Assembly (NCBI GenBank): GCA_035403965.1
Contig: DAONGE010000004.1
Span: 18,306 to 82,305, forward strand
Direction: 5' to 3'
DNA: 64,000 bases
Source: Candidatus Omnitrophota bacterium
GTDB lineage: Bacteria; Omnitrophota; Gorgyraeia; Tantalellales; Tantalellaceae
Part shown: positions 11,282-21,296 of the stretch, in pieces
How the letters are laid out: every line of letters starts with the position of its first letter
Numbering within the stretch: the stretch's first letter is position 1
Notes under the pieces: generated by a model
Database searches by the model: none
Seen by the model: the letters and a program-made list of their open reading frames with translations, nothing else
What the model was told of the DNA's origin: nothing
Program-made: the position numbers and the translations under genes

Positions 11282-12421
11282 ATGAAGACAAACAGTTTAA
11301 AATTAAAGATTCGCTTTCTGCTCTACCTGGTATTCCTTACGGTCCTGGGCTCGTTCCTTTTTAACTATCTTCTTACGAAACAAAGCACCATCATGTATAA
11401 ATATTTTATCGAACGCCCCGCGGCATACAATCTTGAACGCGCCGAAAGACTGGCAAATTCAATCTATCGCAGCTTCAAAGAAGAAGTCCCGTCTCCGACC
11501 ATCGAAAACATACGGGTCTTCATAGAAAAGTACAACGACATTCCGTTCCTCAGCGTTAATTTCATATATAAGGATTCCTCGGGCGCTATGAAAAGCATCT
11601 TAAAAGACGCGAATGAGAATGATATCCTCAGTGCAGAATATGTCTTCCCTATAAAATACGGCACACAGGAAATAGGCACTTTACTTGTCTATGACATCAA
11701 CAAAGAATACAAAAAAGGTATAGAAGAATACTCGAACATGATGAATATCACCAGGATCTCGTTCAGTTCGCTTATATTTCTCCTTTTATTCATTCTGCTT
11801 TACCGGGAATACAGCACGCGGATAGAGCAGGAAAAACGTCTCGCCGAATTTCAGGCTACGCATGACGGTCTGACCGGTCTTTATAATCACCGCTGTTTCA
11901 AGGAACATCTGGCCAAGACTGTCTCACATCTTTCCGGAACGCATGCGTCAATCTCGCTTATCATGTGCGACGTCGATCACTTTAAAAAATTCAACGACAC
12001 ATACGGCCATTTAGCCGGAGATGAGGTATTAAGAACCGTCTCTTCGATAATCGCGGACAACGTACGCGCTGTCGACATGGTAGCACGTTACGGCGGGGAA
12101 GAGTTCGCCATCCTTCTCAAAGAAAGCCGTCCCGACCACAGAAAAGGACACGAGCACCAGAAGGACATCTTGAAAGAAACCATAGAAATAGCCGAGAGGA
12201 TCCGTTCACGCGTCGAATCTACAAAGGTAAAATTCAACACCATGAACGTAAGCGTCACCATAAGCATGGGGGTATCGACTTACAAAGGTTCAGACAAGGA
12301 ATACAAAACCGAATATCTGATCAGCGAAGCCGATTTGGCTTTATACGAATCAAAAAACACCGGTAGGAACCGTATTACTATTTTCGATCCAGAAACAAAG
12401 TGTTTCAAAAAAGCCGATTAA
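11282..12421 (+). CDS. GGDEF-domain diguanylate cyclase with N-terminal membrane/sensor region
   Basis: 379 aa with TM segments. C-terminal GGDEF domain (RYGGEEF, HFKKFNDTYGH). Confidence 0.85.
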   Translation: MKTNSLKLKIRFLLYLVFLTVLGSFLFNYLLTKQSTIMYKYFIERPAAYNLERAERLANSIYRSFKEEVPSPTIENIRVFIEKYNDIPFLSVNFIYKDSSGAMKSILKDANENDILSAEYVFPIKYGTQEIGTLLVYDINKEYKKGIEEYSNMMNITRISFSSLIFLLLFILLYREYSTRIEQEKRLAEFQATHDGLTGLYNHRCFKEHLAKTVSHLSGTHASISLIMCDVDHFKKFNDTYGHLAGDEVLRTVSSIIADNVRAVDMVARYGGEEFAILLKESRPDHRKGHEHQKDILKETIEIAERIRSRVESTKVKFNTMNVSVTISMGVSTYKGSDKEYKTEYLISEADLALYESKNTGRNRITIFDPETKCFKKAD

Positions 12422-12435
12422 CACAACTCTCTTAC

Positions 12436-13401
12436 TTACATATATTTTCCGGACACAAGATAATTCGTCACATAGTCTTTAACTGCCTCATCAAACGACA
12501 TGAACTTCTGTTTGTACCCGGCTTTTCTAAGTTTTGATATGTCCGCTTCGGTAAAATACTGATATTTCGGCCTCAGGTATTCCGGCATTTCGATATATTG
12601 TATGTTCGCTTTCTTGCCGACAGCCTTGAACATCGCTCCAGCCAGATCGTTCCATGTTTTAGCCTCACCGGTGCCTACGTTGAATATGCCGGTTTTAGCG
12701 GTTTTTCTGAAAAAGTAGAACATGATATCGACAACATCTTTAACATAAATAAAATCTCTTTTTTGTCCGCCGTCCGGATATTCTTTATTGTAGGATTTGA
12801 ACAGACGGATGGTCCCTTCCTTGTCGACTTCTGAGAATTTTTTACACACGACGCTCATCATTTCGCCCTTGTGATATTCATTCGGACCATATACGTTAAA
12901 AAACTTAAAACCCGTAACCTTATTTATAAGTTTATTCCTCATAACCCACATATCGAACATCTGTTTCGAATATCCGTACATATTAAGCGGACACAGATCA
13001 CATAGTTTAGCGTCGTCGTCGCTATATCCCCTTTCCCCGGAACCATAAGTGGCGGCCGAGGACGCATACAAGAACGGTACTTTTTCAGAAACAGCCCATT
13101 CGGCCAATATCTTAGAATACTCATAGTTGTTCTTCAGAAAATAGTCCGCGTCCGTGCATGTGGTCGAACTGCAGGCACCAATATGCACTATCTTTTCCGG
13201 TTTCGGGATATCTCCTTCTTTCACTAGTTCCAAAAAATCACTTTTCTGCATATAATCCGTAAATTTTTTCCCGACGAGATTTTTCCATTTTTCAGAACCG
13301 TCAAGATGATCAACGACCAAAACGTCCTTGATTCCCTCTCCGTTCAATTTTGCCAGAAAGCAACTCCCTATAAAGCCGGCCCCTCCGGTCAGAATTATCA
13401 T
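12436..13401 (-). CDS. hldD: ADP-L-glycero-D-manno-heptose-6-epimerase
   Basis: Collinear with E. coli HldD. Motifs [30 protein letters not shown]. Confidence 0.88.
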   Translation of the reverse strand: MIILTGGAGFIGSCFLAKLNGEGIKDVLVVDHLDGSEKWKNLVGKKFTDYMQKSDFLELVKEGDIPKPEKIVHIGACSSTTCTDADYFLKNNYEYSKILAEWAVSEKVPFLYASSAATYGSGERGYSDDDAKLCDLCPLNMYGYSKQMFDMWVMRNKLINKVTGFKFFNVYGPNEYHKGEMMSVVCKKFSEVDKEGTIRLFKSYNKEYPDGGQKRDFIYVKDVVDIMFYFFRKTAKTGIFNVGTGEAKTWNDLAGAMFKAVGKKANIQYIEMPEYLRPKYQYFTEADISKLRKAGYKQKFMSFDEAVKDYVTNYLVSGKYM

Positions 13402-14441
13402 TTTCTCGCCTCCGGTTCGTCGTATTTATCCGCCAATTTCAGTAGTTTATATATTTTCCCCGCTTTTTTGAAAAGCAATCTGATGAAAGCCAGTTCCTTA
13501 GTAGCCTGTGACGCCTCTTGGGCCGGATAACCGAATATCGTAATCCCTTCTTCCGGGAAATCTTTAGTTATCCCCGCCTGAGCCGCTATCTTATTGTTTT
13601 TCCCTATCGTCGCGTGGTCTTTTATACCGACCTGTCCGCCCATCATCGTGTTATCACCTATCACCGAACTCCCTGCGATACCGCATTGTCCGGCGATTAT
13701 AACATTCTTACCAAGCCTTACATTATGGGCTATCATCACAAGATTATCTATTTTGGTCCCCTTGCTCACGATCGTATCCGTAAAGGTCCCGCGATCAACG
13801 CACGTATTGGCCCCTATTTCAACATCCTCTTCAATAATGACAGAACCGAGCTGCGGAACTTTATATATCTTATCCCCTTTAGGCACATAACCAAACCCAT
13901 CGGCGCCGACAACAACTCCCGAATGCAATATTACCCGGTTGTGTATTATCATACCGTCATATACGCTGGCATTTGCGAATATTTTGACATTATCCCCGAT
14001 ACTAACATTTTTACCGATAAAAACGTTAGCCCCGATCACGGTGTTATTTCCGATTTTTGTATTCTCCCCAATAACCGCATATGGACCAACTGAAACATTC
14101 GCGCCAAAAACCGCCGTCTTGTCCACCGTACTATTAGGATGTATACCACCTTTTGCAGGTGGTCGCATTTCAACAAATACGTTATACGCGACGGTCAAAG
14201 CATATTTCATATCCTTCACACAAATAACGGTTTTGGGGAAATCTTTTACACTAAGCGTCGTTATAATACTCCCCGCATTACTGTTACGAACTGTCTCAAG
14301 CTGGGCTTCATCCATCGCGAAGGTAGCATCTTCCTTGCCCGCAAATCTGACATTCACAAGATCCCTGACCGGCACATCCGGATCTCCGAATACCGTTCCT
14401 CCAATAAATCCGGCCAATTTTCCCGCGGTAAGAGCGAACAT
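13398..14441 (-). CDS. lpxD: UDP-3-O-acylglucosamine N-acyltransferase LpxD
   Basis: 347 aa with a left-handed beta-helix of hexapeptide repeats and an LpxD N-terminal domain. Confidence 0.88.
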   Translation of the reverse strand: MFALTAGKLAGFIGGTVFGDPDVPVRDLVNVRFAGKEDATFAMDEAQLETVRNSNAGSIITTLSVKDFPKTVICVKDMKYALTVAYNVFVEMRPPAKGGIHPNSTVDKTAVFGANVSVGPYAVIGENTKIGNNTVIGANVFIGKNVSIGDNVKIFANASVYDGMIIHNRVILHSGVVVGADGFGYVPKGDKIYKVPQLGSVIIEEDVEIGANTCVDRGTFTDTIVSKGTKIDNLVMIAHNVRLGKNVIIAGQCGIAGSSVIGDNTMMGGQVGIKDHATIGKNNKIAAQAGITKDFPEEGITIFGYPAQEASQATKELAFIRLLFKKAGKIYKLLKLADKYDEPEARK

Positions 14442-14597
14442 ATTGTTCCCTTTCTTTAAGTAAACTTTTTCAAAACCGTTTTCAATATTGTACCTAAGAC
14501 TCAGCCCAAATTAAACTTTTTTGTTCATATTATTGTCATCTCTCGCCTTTCCCGGCTTGCTGTTTAAAAAACATCCGCCCGGGCTTAAATAAAAAAA

Positions 14598-14630
14598 GAA
14601 CCCCTGGTGAAATTCTTTCAGGGGTTCTTT
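14598..14630 (-). terminator. rho-independent terminator downstream of the HU gene
   Basis: GAACCCCTG-loop-CAGGGGTTC hairpin flanked by A- and T-runs. Confidence 0.7.
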
Positions 14631-14643
14631 TATTTTTACTTGA

Positions 14644-14928
14644 TTACAGACTCTTTAAAAGACTCTTACCGGCTTTGAAGCCAACAACTTTCTTCGCAGC
14701 TATCTTTATTGTAGCGCCTGTCTGGGGATTTTTTCCCATTCTGGCCTTGCGAACCTTCATCTGGAAAGTGCCGAGTTCCGGAAGACGGATAACTCTCTCT
14801 GTCGCTCCACCTTTGCTCAAACGACCGGTCATCGAACACACCACGGCATCATACGCCCTGGCGGCTTCTGATTTTTTCCCATACTTACCTGACTTGACGA
14901 TTGCATCGATGAATTCTGCTTTGTTCAT
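14644..14928 (-). CDS. HU/IHF-family nucleoid DNA-binding protein
   Basis: 94 aa with a typical HU fold sequence (GKNPQTGATIKI, RLPELGTFQ). Confidence 0.9.
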   Translation of the reverse strand: MNKAEFIDAIVKSGKYGKKSEAARAYDAVVCSMTGRLSKGGATERVIRLPELGTFQMKVRKARMGKNPQTGATIKIAAKKVVGFKAGKSLLKSL

Positions 14929-15150
14929 TTAACTCCTCCTTTGTTTTGTAAAATGACCTTTCAATCCATATTTCTCAGGCCTTGCGGCCGGGACTGATAC
15001 TTGTCAGCGACTTGTTCGACTGACCAGATCACCAAGGTAACTATACCGGACTTCTTTTTATTTGTCAATATTCTTCCGAGAAAATCAGGGTTTCCGGAGA
15101 TTGTCGCTACACAAGCAGCTTGCAAAGCGCTTCTCAGCGATGTCCATTTG

Positions 15151-15774
15151 TCATTTTTTCTTCAGTATATCACTGAATACCCACACTTTGACACCATTCG
15201 CTATAACCTCGACCTGCGAAAAACCTTCCTCCTGCTTTATAACACGGACGTCCAATCCTTTTTTCAACATAAATATCACTTGCATTTCATGCATCTTTTT
15301 TATTGTCTCGAGATTATTCAGATTCTGTTTCAGAAATACCATATTCTGTTTGTTAGGCGCGGCCCATCCCTCACGATCCACAGTATAAACTGCTACCGGC
15401 ACGGCTAAAAACTCTTTCATCGTCCACAAAAGAATATTTCCCTGGTCGAGTTTTACCTGGATCATCTTTCCATCTTCCTGAACAGCGGTCACCTTCAATC
15501 CGGCCTTGAGAAGAATAGCTTCGCGCGCATCATACATCCTTTTTATAACCGCACCATTATTAACGTTTTGCAACAATTCTTCCAGTTTATTTTTGCTGAC
15601 AGCGGCCCACGTTTCTTTCTGCGTGAACAATGTTGTCTGAACAACTTTTGTCTCTGCCGGAATTATTGCTGTCGTTGTTTTATTATTGCTCTCTACTCGG
15701 GTTCTGGGTTCTTTTTTCCCACACCCCACGGCAAAAAACACGACGATCAGCATTAGCACGATTAAATTACGCAT
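15151..15774 (-). CDS. hypothetical lipoprotein
   Basis: Signal peptide with lipobox (LMLIVVFFAVGC). Start moved to the internal MRNLIV. Confidence 0.5.
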   Translation of the reverse strand: MRNLIVLMLIVVFFAVGCGKKEPRTRVESNNKTTTAIIPAETKVVQTTLFTQKETWAAVSKNKLEELLQNVNNGAVIKRMYDAREAILLKAGLKVTAVQEDGKMIQVKLDQGNILLWTMKEFLAVPVAVYTVDREGWAAPNKQNMVFLKQNLNNLETIKKMHEMQVIFMLKKGLDVRVIKQEEGFSQVEVIANGVKVWVFSDILKKK

Positions 15775-15949
15775 TTTTTCTCCTTTTGTGTATTGATTAT
15801 ATATTACCTTGCCCCAAAATCTCTTTTTTGTCAATCCTTCTTGATCCGCTTTTGTTAATGCTCTTCCTTATTAATATTGCCGAAAATCTTACGCATTCTC
15901 TGTTCTGTTAAATTGGCAAACAATCAACAACATAAACCATCAGATTCTA

Positions 15950-16667
15950 TCTGTCATTCATTTCCGGGCAAAAACGCGCAGCTATCCCGCCCGGGGACGG
16001 CGCGAAGCGACGCAGGAGATCCGAAAGCATATCCCCGATGATTTCAAAAATAACATGTGTATTACTCGAACGATGCATATCAAAATAAAAGTCCCATTTC
16101 GAAAACCTATTACGGCTATCCGGGCTGGGCGAGTACCCTAGCAATTCGAGGCAATAGATAGAAATAAATTATGCATCGGCGCTAATCAAACGCCGGGAGT
16201 ACAAAAATAACACGAAGAATTGCGCGGAACGCAGAACGGCCCGGATAGACGGTATTTGAAGTGGGATAATTACCCGGGCGGAAACGCGCAGCAGTCCCGC
16301 CCGGGGACGGCGCGGAGCGACGCAGGTATTTTGAAAATTTATTTTCGAAATACCGAGGAGCATCGCGCATGCAAACGGTCTCAGTTATATCCCTCTTAGC
16401 CGTTTGCACTACCGCTAAAACAAAAAGCTCGATCATTTCTGTGGTTTGGACCCGGGCGGAAAACGAGCCCCGAAGGGGCGAAGTGTCCCACCCGGGGACG
16501 GCGACGTAGCTGACGCAGGATTTTTGAAAAGTTCTTTTCAAAAATCCGAGGAAGCGTAGTCGCGGGCAAACAGCTTTCTCGGGATATCACCGGGGCTGTT
16601 TGCACAACCACTAAAACAAATCGACCGGGTTTGTTCTGTCTTTCGGTACCGGGCGGAAACGCGCAGC
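15950..16667. repeat. tandem degenerate repeats derived from the tRNA-Arg trailer
   Basis: Three or more copies of a ~50-70-nt unit (CGGGCGGAAACGCGCAGCAGTCCCGCCCGGGGACGGCG...). The unit repeats the sequence immediately 3' of the tRNA. Interspersed variable-stem palindromes. Contains copy C of the hairpin element, with the motif at 16162-16199. Confidence 0.65.
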
Positions 16668-16740
16668 AGTCCCCGGGCGGATTCGAACCGCCGCACCAAG
16701 CTCCGGAGGCTTGTACTCTATCCAGCTGAGCTACGGGGAC
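16668..16740 (-). tRNA. tRNA-Arg (CCG)
   Basis: Cloverleaf with anticodon arm CAAGC-CTCCGGA-GCTTG. Resembles E. coli tRNA-Arg. No CCA encoded. Confidence 0.8.
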
Positions 16741-16806
16741 GCATGATTTGTCTCAAATTTTATCATACATTCAATAGAAGTGGTACCACTATCATTTCGT
16801 ATTATC

Positions 16807-17499
16807 TTACACGCCGCGGGTCTCTACTTGTGCGGTATATTTGGAAAGTGTTTGCTTGAATTCTTCAAACTTTTCTTTACTGTATGGTTTGACATCCGCG
16901 TATTTCGGATCGAATGTATTCACTGCCCTAAATTGCTGTAAATAATATTTATCGGACATCACCAGGTTTTTCCCAATGTGCTCAAAATCCTCTGTATCCA
17001 CCACGCCCGGTACGCAGGTGGTTCTAAGTTCATAGGGGATGCCGGACTCTCTGATCACCCTAAGACTTTCTTTTATATGCCCGGCCACGTTCATCATTCC
17101 GGCTACAATACCATATTTCTCAAACGCCGTTTTTATATCCACGGCAATATAGTCCACAGCCTTATTTTGTATAAGGTTCTCCAGAGCTTTTGGATTCGAC
17201 GCGTTCGTATCAAGTTTGGTTTTATACCCCAGAGCCTTGATGCGAAGCATATATTCGGCGAGATCTTTTTGCAGAGTAGGTTCCCCGCCGCTCAGGACAA
17301 CAGCTTCGAGCATTTTTCGTCTGGCGGCGAGAAATTCCATCACTTCGTTCTCATCACATTCAAATTTTCGTTCTCTGGTCACCAGATCCCGGTTGTGACA
17401 ATATGCGCAATGGAAATTACACCCTTGAGTGAATACCACAGCGCATATATGCCCCGGATAATCAACAAGAGACAGTTTTTGCAGTCCGGCTAGTATCAT
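16807..17499 (-). CDS. nrdG: anaerobic ribonucleoside-triphosphate reductase activating protein NrdG (radical SAM)
   Basis: CNFHCAYCHN cluster. N-terminus aligns with E. coli NrdG. Lies downstream of nrdD. Confidence 0.85.
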   Translation of the reverse strand: MILAGLQKLSLVDYPGHICAVVFTQGCNFHCAYCHNRDLVTRERKFECDENEVMEFLAARRKMLEAVVLSGGEPTLQKDLAEYMLRIKALGYKTKLDTNASNPKALENLIQNKAVDYIAVDIKTAFEKYGIVAGMMNVAGHIKESLRVIRESGIPYELRTTCVPGVVDTEDFEHIGKNLVMSDKYYLQQFRAVNTFDPKYADVKPYSKEKFEEFKQTLSKYTAQVETRGV

Positions 17500-17635
17500 T
17501 GCTTTTTACCATGGCCTGAATATCGAATTTTTTCCTATCCTTGAATTCTTCCGCTTTGCCCTTGTTCCACGACTGAACCGGACGGAAAAATCCCGTTACT
17601 CTTGAAAAAACCTCTACATTGCATTTCTTTTCCAT
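17462..17635 (-). CDS. NrdD C-terminal glycyl-radical domain (57 aa), separated from nrdD by an in-frame TAA
   Basis: Translation is MEKKCNVEVFSRVTGFFRPVQSWNKGKAEEFKDR.... It matches the E. coli NrdD tail RVCGYLG..RPFNAGKQEEVKRR. It is in the same frame as nrdD, 10 sense codons after the nrdD stop. Confidence 0.6.
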   Translation of the reverse strand: MEKKCNVEVFSRVTGFFRPVQSWNKGKAEEFKDRKKFDIQAMVKSNDTSRTAKTVSC

Positions 17636-17665
17636 GCTAATCCCCCTTTTTTGTACTATTCCCCT

Positions 17666-19675
17666 TTATTTAGCATGTTCTTTCTCATACGGACATTCAA
17701 AATGTTCTCCGGGTATATACCCGTGAACCGAACAAATCGTAAACGACGGTGTTATCGTATAGTACGGCATCCGATACGTCTCAGCGATACGTCTTACCAG
17801 CTTTTTACAGACCTCTATATCCTCTATTCTTTCTCCGAGAAAAATATGAAACACTGTTCCGCCGGTATATAAGGTTTGCAATCCGTCCTGATGATCCATC
17901 GCACTGATAAGATCTTCCGTGTAGCTTACCGGCAAATTCGACGAATTCGTATAGTACGGCTCGTTCTTCCCCTGTGTAACTATGCCAGGATATCTTTCCT
18001 TGTCCATTTTGGCCAGCCTATACGAAGTTCCTTCGGCCGGAGTGGCTTCAAGATTGTAAAAATGTCCCGTTTCTTCCTGAAAATCCACCATTTTATTTCT
18101 GATATAGTTCAGAACCTCTACAGCAAACGCATTTCCTTTTTTGGATCCGATGTCATCTTTTACGAGATTGAGACACGCCTCATTTATCCCGACCACTCCT
18201 ATGGTTGAGAAATGATTGGCCCAGAACGTGCCAAACCGTTTTTTGATCCCGTCGAGATAACATTTTGAATACGGATACAAGCCCTGTTCCGTCAGCGTTT
18301 CCAGGATCTTCCTTTTTATCTCAAGGGACTCCTTTGCCACTTCCAAAAGTTCATCCAACCCTTTATAGAACGCCTCCTTGCTCCCTGCCGATAAATACGC
18401 AAGTCTTGGGATATTCAACGTTACAACCCCTATGGAGCCCGTCAAAGGATTCGATCCAAAAAGTCCGCCTCCTCTTTTCCTTAATTCCCTGTTATCAAGA
18501 CGCAGCCTGCAGCACATACTTCTGGCATCGTCAGGATTCATATCACTGTTAACAAAATTCGAAAAGTACGGGATCCCGTACTTAGCCGTCATCTCCCAAA
18601 GATATTTATGTTCAGGATTGTCCCAATCGAAGGTCTTCGTGATATTGTATGTGGGTATCGGGAAGGAAAAGATCCTCCCTTTAGCATCCCCTTCTATCAT
18701 CACTTCGCAGAAAGCTTTATTGATCATGTCGGCTTCATGCTGAAAATCCGCATAGGTCTTATCTTTCAGTTCGCCGCCGACAACAACCGCCTCATTCTTA
18801 AATGATTCCGGGATGTTAAGATCCAAGGTTATGTTTGTAAACGGTGTTTGGAATCCAACCCTAGTTGGGACATTGATATTAAAAATAAACTCCTGCATGT
18901 ACTGTTTGACCTGTTTATACTCCAGCTTATCATAATAAATGTACGGCGCGAGTAATGTGTCAAAATTCGAAAAAGCCTGGGCGCCAGCCGCTTCTCCTTG
19001 AAGCGTATAGAAAAAGTTCACTATCTGCCCAAGTGCTACCCTGAAATGCTTCGGTGGTTTGGATTCTACTTTACCATAGGCGCCTCCGAAACCACGGGCC
19101 AAAAGATCCTTTAGGTCCCAGCCGCAGCAATATGCGCTTATCGACCCGAGATCATGTATATGTATGTCTCCCTCAAGATGTCTTTCGGCTACGTTCTTCG
19201 GATAGATCCTGTCCAGCCAATAACTGTTAGATACGGCGGTCGATATAAAGTTATTAAGCCCCTGAAGCGAAAAACCCATGTTGGCGTTCTCTTTAACGCG
19301 CCAGTCCTTTTGCTGTATATAGCTGTCCACCATGTTGACAGCATCACTTAATAACTGTTTTGTCTGACGGAGTTTCGCATGTTGTTCCCTGTAAAGGATA
19401 TAGGCTTTGGCCGTTTTCGCATGCCCGTTCTCGATAAGTATCTTTTCCACCAGATCCTGAACGTTCTCAACCGTCGGGATCCGGTCTCCTTTATACATAA
19501 CCTCAAGGAAAGAAACCGTCTGCCTGGTTATATTCTGGGCCTTTTCCGGATCTTCTCCGCCTACAGCCTGTGCCGCGCAAAAAACGGCCTTCTCGATCTT
19601 GTTTGGGTCGAACTCTTCCAATCTGCCGTCCCTTTTGCGTACAAACTTAATGTCCGTCGAGTACTGTTCCGCCAT
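17666..19675 (-). CDS. nrdD: anaerobic ribonucleoside-triphosphate reductase NrdD (class III RNR), catalytic body
   Basis: 669 aa with an N-terminal ATP-cone. Class III core (CCRLRLD, GGGLFGSNPLTGSIGVVTLNIPRLA). Lacks the glycyl-radical motif at its C-terminus. Confidence 0.9.
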   Translation of the reverse strand: MAEQYSTDIKFVRKRDGRLEEFDPNKIEKAVFCAAQAVGGEDPEKAQNITRQTVSFLEVMYKGDRIPTVENVQDLVEKILIENGHAKTAKAYILYREQHAKLRQTKQLLSDAVNMVDSYIQQKDWRVKENANMGFSLQGLNNFISTAVSNSYWLDRIYPKNVAERHLEGDIHIHDLGSISAYCCGWDLKDLLARGFGGAYGKVESKPPKHFRVALGQIVNFFYTLQGEAAGAQAFSNFDTLLAPYIYYDKLEYKQVKQYMQEFIFNINVPTRVGFQTPFTNITLDLNIPESFKNEAVVVGGELKDKTYADFQHEADMINKAFCEVMIEGDAKGRIFSFPIPTYNITKTFDWDNPEHKYLWEMTAKYGIPYFSNFVNSDMNPDDARSMCCRLRLDNRELRKRGGGLFGSNPLTGSIGVVTLNIPRLAYLSAGSKEAFYKGLDELLEVAKESLEIKRKILETLTEQGLYPYSKCYLDGIKKRFGTFWANHFSTIGVVGINEACLNLVKDDIGSKKGNAFAVEVLNYIRNKMVDFQEETGHFYNLEATPAEGTSYRLAKMDKERYPGIVTQGKNEPYYTNSSNLPVSYTEDLISAMDHQDGLQTLYTGGTVFHIFLGERIEDIEVCKKLVRRIAETYRMPYYTITPSFTICSVHGYIPGEHFECPYEKEHAK

Positions 19676-19828
19676 TTGTTGTCCCCTTTTCCTTGTTCGG
19701 TTTAATCTAACTTTTTACAGTTCTTTTTCCGAAAACCTTTATTAAATCTATCGTATCATTCCTGTTTTTTTGTGTTTTTGCATCATTTGCTATTTTTACT
19801 GCCACTTGTCAAGCGTGTCAATTAGTAC

Positions 19829-19870
19829 CATATATTGTTGTTTGTGTCAAGACAAACACAATATATAGTT
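19829..19870. promoter_or_regulatory. NrdR-box-like palindromic operator upstream of nrdD
   Basis: ATATATTGTTGTTTGTGTC-AA-GACAAACACAATATATAG, a 19-bp near-perfect inverted repeat containing ACACAATATAT. About 155 bp upstream of the nrdD start. Confidence 0.45.
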
Positions 19871-20129
19871 AGGTCGAAAAAAGTTAGCTTTATAATTCTT
19901 GACGCTCTCTTTTTTCGTAATTTCTCATAAAACCCTCTAAAACCTGCATAAATCCTGTTAAAAAAATATTTCCCGGTCTAATTTAATTTTCTCTTTTCGC
20001 TTATTCTACCCAAATAATATTTAAAAATTAATTTTCTCTTATTTTCTGCTTTCCCTTTATCTTGTTTGAAAGTACCCTTCTGTTATTAATGATACCACAA
20101 TAGTGTCCTTATGACAAATTTACGGCCCG

Positions 20130-21296
20130 TTACATTGCTACTTTTCTACACATTTCCGCGCATAATATTCCGACATAAGTTCCCATTATGTTACCCATTA
20201 CTGCCAATAAAAGCCCTACGGGGGCAAGCAACGGTTGATATATAGCGGCAACTACCGGCGCCGACGCTGTCCCTCCTATATTAGCTTGACTGGCCGTCGC
20301 TACAAGAAATAGGGGTGCCCGGACCAAACGAGCTGCCGACAAAAGCACAACCCCATGTATCATTACCCATACTATTCCCGCTATTATCAGCACCGGAGCG
20401 TCTCTCAACGCGGCAAGGTTCGCTCGCGCGCCTATCGTGGCCAAAACAAAATAAAGCAGAAAATAACCAATCTGTGAAGAACCATAGCTTTCCAGCCCTT
20501 TTATCTTTGTAAACGACAGCCCCATACCTATCGCGGTGATTATCACGATCGTCCAGGTATACGCTGAAACAATATTTTTAACTACCGGCATTTTTGAGGA
20601 TATATATATCGCCACAAAAGACGATACTATCCCCACCGCCGTGATACGAGCCAATGCGTTCACTGTCATTCGTTTTTTTACTACGACAGTCTCTTTGATC
20701 CTGTTATTCAGGTCTTTCATCATTTTAATATCGGCTTTATTCCATTTATCGAATTTTGTCTGATAATTCGACGCCACTATAAGCAGGCCCATCCATAGAT
20801 ACGGCACTATCGCGTCCACAATAACCATAGGCATAAATATCGCGTCAGGAGTACTTATTGCTTCCTTAACTGCCAGCATATTGGCACTACCTCCGGTCCA
20901 TGACGCCGCTATCGCGCCAAACCCCGACCAGATCCCGGACGGTAAAAAATCCTTAAAAAGCAAAATAACAACCGGTCCGCCTATGAAAATCCCCAGACTT
21001 CCGGCAAGCATCATCGCTATCGCTTTAGGCCCCAAACGAAAAATCTGTTTTATGTTGACCGACATCAAGATCAGCACCAGACTGACCGGCAATAAATAAT
21101 CCGCCGCAAGTTTGTACAAATCGGACTTGCTTGGTATCAATCCCAGAGTCGACGCAAGAAGAGGAATAAAGTATATCCAGAACATGGAAGGAATTATATT
21201 AAAAAACCATTTGGTCTTGTTGTGCCCCGACAAAAAATATATAGCCCCTTCTATGGCCACCAGAACAGTAATAATGTAAAAATTTCCGACGTTCAT
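20130..21296 (-). CDS. polytopic membrane protein (DUF819-like putative transporter)
   Basis: 388 aa with ~10-12 TM helices. Confidence 0.5.
   Translation of the reverse strand: MNVGNFYIITVLVAIEGAIYFLSGHNKTKWFFNIIPSMFWIYFIPLLASTLGLIPSKSDLYKLAADYLLPVSLVLILMSVNIKQIFRLGPKAIAMMLAGSLGIFIGGPVVILLFKDFLPSGIWSGFGAIAASWTGGSANMLAVKEAISTPDAIFMPMVIVDAIVPYLWMGLLIVASNYQTKFDKWNKADIKMMKDLNNRIKETVVVKKRMTVNALARITAVGIVSSFVAIYISSKMPVVKNIVSAYTWTIVIITAIGMGLSFTKIKGLESYGSSQIGYFLLYFVLATIGARANLAALRDAPVLIIAGIVWVMIHGVVLLSAARLVRAPLFLVATASQANIGGTASAPVVAAIYQPLLAPVGLLLAVMGNIMGTYVGILCAEMCRKVAM

Noticed and set aside
16182-16611. ORFs 16182..16541, 16396..16611, 16169..16363 inside the tRNA-Arg trailer repeat array
   Set aside because: They overlap each other in different frames within a tandem repeat. 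The reading frames arise from the repeat itself.
15950-16667. Possible CRISPR array (repeated GC-rich units near a tRNA)
   Set aside because: The repeat units are degenerate (copies differ at many positions). The spacings are irregular and long, ~130-300 nt. There are no cas genes. The repeats derive from the tRNA-Arg trailer instead.
17636-17668. Stop-codon reassignment (alternative genetic code) as the explanation for the in-frame TAA in nrdD
   Set aside because: TAA terminates purB (2996-2998) with a normal C-terminus. TGA and TAG also end well-aligned genes (purD, purM, purE). The standard code 11 fits the whole window.
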